A DNA stretch of 64,000 bases from positions 5,884-69,883 of the forward strand of contig JAFUXL010000022.1 of assembly GCA_017470905.1 (NCBI GenBank), given 5' to 3'. Of the stretch, positions 61,533 to 64,000 are shown piece after piece (the stretch's first letter is position 1; each line of letters opens with the position of its first letter). A program made the position numbers and the translations under genes. Origin of the DNA: Ruminococcus sp. (GTDB lineage: Bacteria > Bacillota > Clostridia > Oscillospirales > Ruminococcaceae). The notes below the pieces were generated by a model. The model had not been told where the DNA came from. It saw only the letters and a list, made by a program, of their open reading frames with translations, and did not search any database.

Positions 61533-61562
61533 AAAAAGGCTTTCCATGCGGAGAGCCTTTTT
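61533..61562 (+). terminator. Terminator
   Basis: AAAAAGGCTTTCC/GGAGAGCCTTTTT. Confidence 0.75.
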
Positions 61563-61588
61563 GTCCGATAAAAGGAGATGATTTTCCG

Positions 61589-62149
61589 GTGCATGACATC
61601 TGCCTGAATATACACTATTCCGCCCCGAAGGACATATGGGAAAAGATAAGTGCGGTATACAAATCCATGCCCTACTGGGACAGCGATGAAAAATCTCTTC
61701 CGCACTGGTGCGGAGAGGGTATAAATCTTACAGCCTCCTCCGAACCCGGAGGTATACAGATAAGCGGTACTATGCCCGAAAATATATGGGCTGAATGGTA
61801 TAAAACACTGAAAGAAAAGCTGACAAATGCTCTCGGCTATGAAATCGGAGAGCCTGAATACGGATACCGTTTCAAATTCTGGCAGCCGTTCGTTAAAAAA
61901 TATTCCGATATAAAAAGCATTGACAGGAATAAAATCATCTTCAATGATTACTCAACGTTTTTTCTGTCGGATTTTGAGGAATATGAAAGGAATATTTCCG
62001 CAAAACCGCCGTATTTTGCATTCAAATCGGAGTTTATCCAGCTTTTCATATATTTTGACGGGAATATCTCAAAAAAGAAGAATGTGAGAAATCTGAATGA
62101 TTTTCTTGCAAGGCTCGGCGAAATCGGCATAAATACCCTTGATTTATAA
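61589..62149 (+). CDS. Hypothetical protein
   Basis: AAGGAG RBS, GTG start, 186 aa, with its own terminator at 62163-62198. Confidence 0.75.
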   Translation: MHDICLNIHYSAPKDIWEKISAVYKSMPYWDSDEKSLPHWCGEGINLTASSEPGGIQISGTMPENIWAEWYKTLKEKLTNALGYEIGEPEYGYRFKFWQPFVKKYSDIKSIDRNKIIFNDYSTFFLSDFEEYERNISAKPPYFAFKSEFIQLFIYFDGNISKKKNVRNLNDFLARLGEIGINTLDL

Positions 62150-62327
62150 TAATATCCCGTAAGGCGCACGGAAGAACAATCCGTGTGCCTGTTTTTTTGA
62201 CGGGCGATAAAATGTTTCGCATTCTTATTGACTTTGGGGGGCGGATAATGTATAATAATAGTGTATATCTTTTCATTAAATGCACATAATTATTTCTGTA
62301 TAAAAATTTCAGACAGGAGATGTGCTT

Positions 62328-62999
62328 ATGAAAGATACGGAAGAAAAGGATAAAACAGAAGATACGGGCGATACCGTTTCGCAGAACGCAAAGCACCTGA
62401 TACACTGTCTTTCCGTGATAGGTCAGATAGAGGGGCATTATGTCCTTGGCGAAACCAATAAAACCACCAAATACGAGCATATCATCCCTGCTCTTGTCGC
62501 AATAGAACAGGACAGGAGCGTTGAGGGTCTGCTTATAATACTGAATACCGTGGGCGGAGATGTTGAGGCCGGGCTTGCAATAGCCGAGCTTATAGCAGGT
62601 ATGAAAACCCCTACCGTTTCGATAGTTGTCGGCGGAGGTCACTCAATAGGAGTACCCCTTGCAGTCAGCGCAAAGCATTCCTTTATAGTCCCCTCGGCAT
62701 CAATGACAATACATCCCGTGAGAATGAACGGCACTGTCCTCGGAGTACCGCAGACACTCTCGTATTTCGAGAAAATGCAGGACAGAATAATCAATTTTAT
62801 AACCGACAACAGCCGTGTCATCGAAAGCGATTTGAGAAGTCTCATGATGAACACGGAGGAGCTTGTCCTCGATGTGGGTACGGTCATAGAGGGAGAGGAT
62901 GCCGTAAGGCTCGGACTTATAGACGAACTCGGCGGACTCGGAGATGCCATGGACTGCCTGTATAAGATGATTGAAGGTACAAAAATGAGATATACTTAA
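62328..62999 (+). CDS. tepA: ClpP-like protein TepA
   Basis: TKYEHIIP, LNTVGGDVEAGLAIAE, GGGHSIGVP and HPVR motifs; upstream of ftsK/spoIIIE. Confidence 0.9.
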   Translation: MKDTEEKDKTEDTGDTVSQNAKHLIHCLSVIGQIEGHYVLGETNKTTKYEHIIPALVAIEQDRSVEGLLIILNTVGGDVEAGLAIAELIAGMKTPTVSIVVGGGHSIGVPLAVSAKHSFIVPSASMTIHPVRMNGTVLGVPQTLSYFEKMQDRIINFITDNSRVIESDLRSLMMNTEELVLDVGTVIEGEDAVRLGLIDELGGLGDAMDCLYKMIEGTKMRYT

Positions 63000-63011
63000 A
63001 AGGGAGATAAA

Positions 63012-64000
63012 AATGGCAGAGAAAAAAAAGAAAAATTCAAACCAAGCTCCAAAAAAAGAAACAGAGGAAAAAGACAAAAATAAAGAAAACAGTGTTCCCG
63101 ATGCGGTACAGGAATATGATGCCATAAGGAGCAGAAGAAACAGGTCAAATTCCGTTATACTTTTCGCCGTGGGATTTACCATGCTGCTTATGGTGTCAAT
63201 CCCCGGAACGGAGGGCTGGAATTTTCTGCACAGATTTCTGTGGGGAATGTTCGGCATATCCGCACTCATAGTCCCGTTTATACTTATGATTGTTGCCGTG
63301 AGCATAGGCAAGGAGAGAACGGGCGCATATCTAAAACAAAAAATACTTTCGGGCGTACTCATATCCCTGCTTGCAAGCGCAGCCGTGCAGATATTCTATG
63401 TCGGAGAGATACCCGGCGAGGGCATCGGAGGACATATAAGCGAACTGTATAAACAGGGTTCGGAAAAGGACGGCGGAGGGCTTGCCTCCTATCCCATAGC
63501 GGGACTTCTGCTCCTTAGTCTCGGTTCTGTGGGAGCTAAAATTGTCGCAATTATACTGTTCTGTGTGCTGTTCATGCTGTTCAAGGGAATGGGTATAACG
63601 CAGTTTTTTGATTTCATAGCAAAGCCTTTCAGATTTCTCGGAAAATCCGTGGAGGGCTTCCAGACCATGATAAACGGCGGAGATTTTTACGAGGCTTTCG
63701 AGGACGATGATGACGAAGAGGAGGACGAAAGGGAAAGAGAAAGCTTTGATGCAGACCTCGAAGCAATTGAACTTATAAACCGGAGAAGTGATATTCCCGT
63801 GGAAACAGACCCACTGACCGATTTCTTTCCGCCGCCCGAAAATCCGCCTGTCCGCACTCCGAAAAAGAAAAAAAATGCGAAAACCACGGAAAATCCCGAC
63901 AATTCGAGAGACGGCGGTTTCATAATAGACATACCCATACCCGATGAAACGACAGATACATCGGATACATTTGCACCGCCGCCCGTGCCTGCTCCGAAGC
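63012..64000 (+). CDS. ftsK: DNA translocase FtsK/SpoIIIE, N-terminal part (runs off the window)
   Basis: Open frame from ATG 63012 with several TM helices (FLWGMFG, GGGL) and an acidic linker; tepA-spoIIIE synteny. The motor domain is not visible. Confidence 0.75.

Overview
This is a core-genome window from a cellulosome-producing Ruminococcus-like (Oscillospiraceae) firmicute; the taxon is inferred from the GH9-CBM3-dockerin gene, the sporulation genes and the gene order. Housekeeping loci are scpA (partial), rpmB, rpoBC, a DEAD-box helicase, ymfF/ymfH-like M16 peptidases-lgt-folD, spoIIR, L20 leader-infC-rpmI-rplT, trmH-dprA-topA-trmFO-plsX-rnc-radical SAM-smc-ftsY-rdgB-yhbY-nadD-yqeK-LCP-rsfS, rpsU, aroQ-pepP-efp, bofA, pdp, tepA and ftsK (partial). 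I saw no rRNA, tRNA, CRISPR array or transposase. The main oddities are: (1) about 10 copies of a miniature intergenic element (90-140 bp when complete) with terminal inverted repeats, a GC hairpin whose GCA loop occurs in both orientations, and variable-length flanking duplications that copy stop codons or Shine-Dalgarno sequences; (2) a MotA/ExbB plus two ExbD-like gene operon in a monoderm; (3) a 53-aa four-Cys insertion in RNA polymerase beta' and an 87-aa acidic tail on beta; (4) FtsY with a C-terminal acidic domain carrying two MinD-like membrane-targeting helices; (5) a structured leader of about 255 nt upstream of rpsU; (6) a site-2 protease lacking HExxH; (7) a GH9 cellulase split from its dockerin at an A6 tract. 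All calls were made by eye, and no searches were run.
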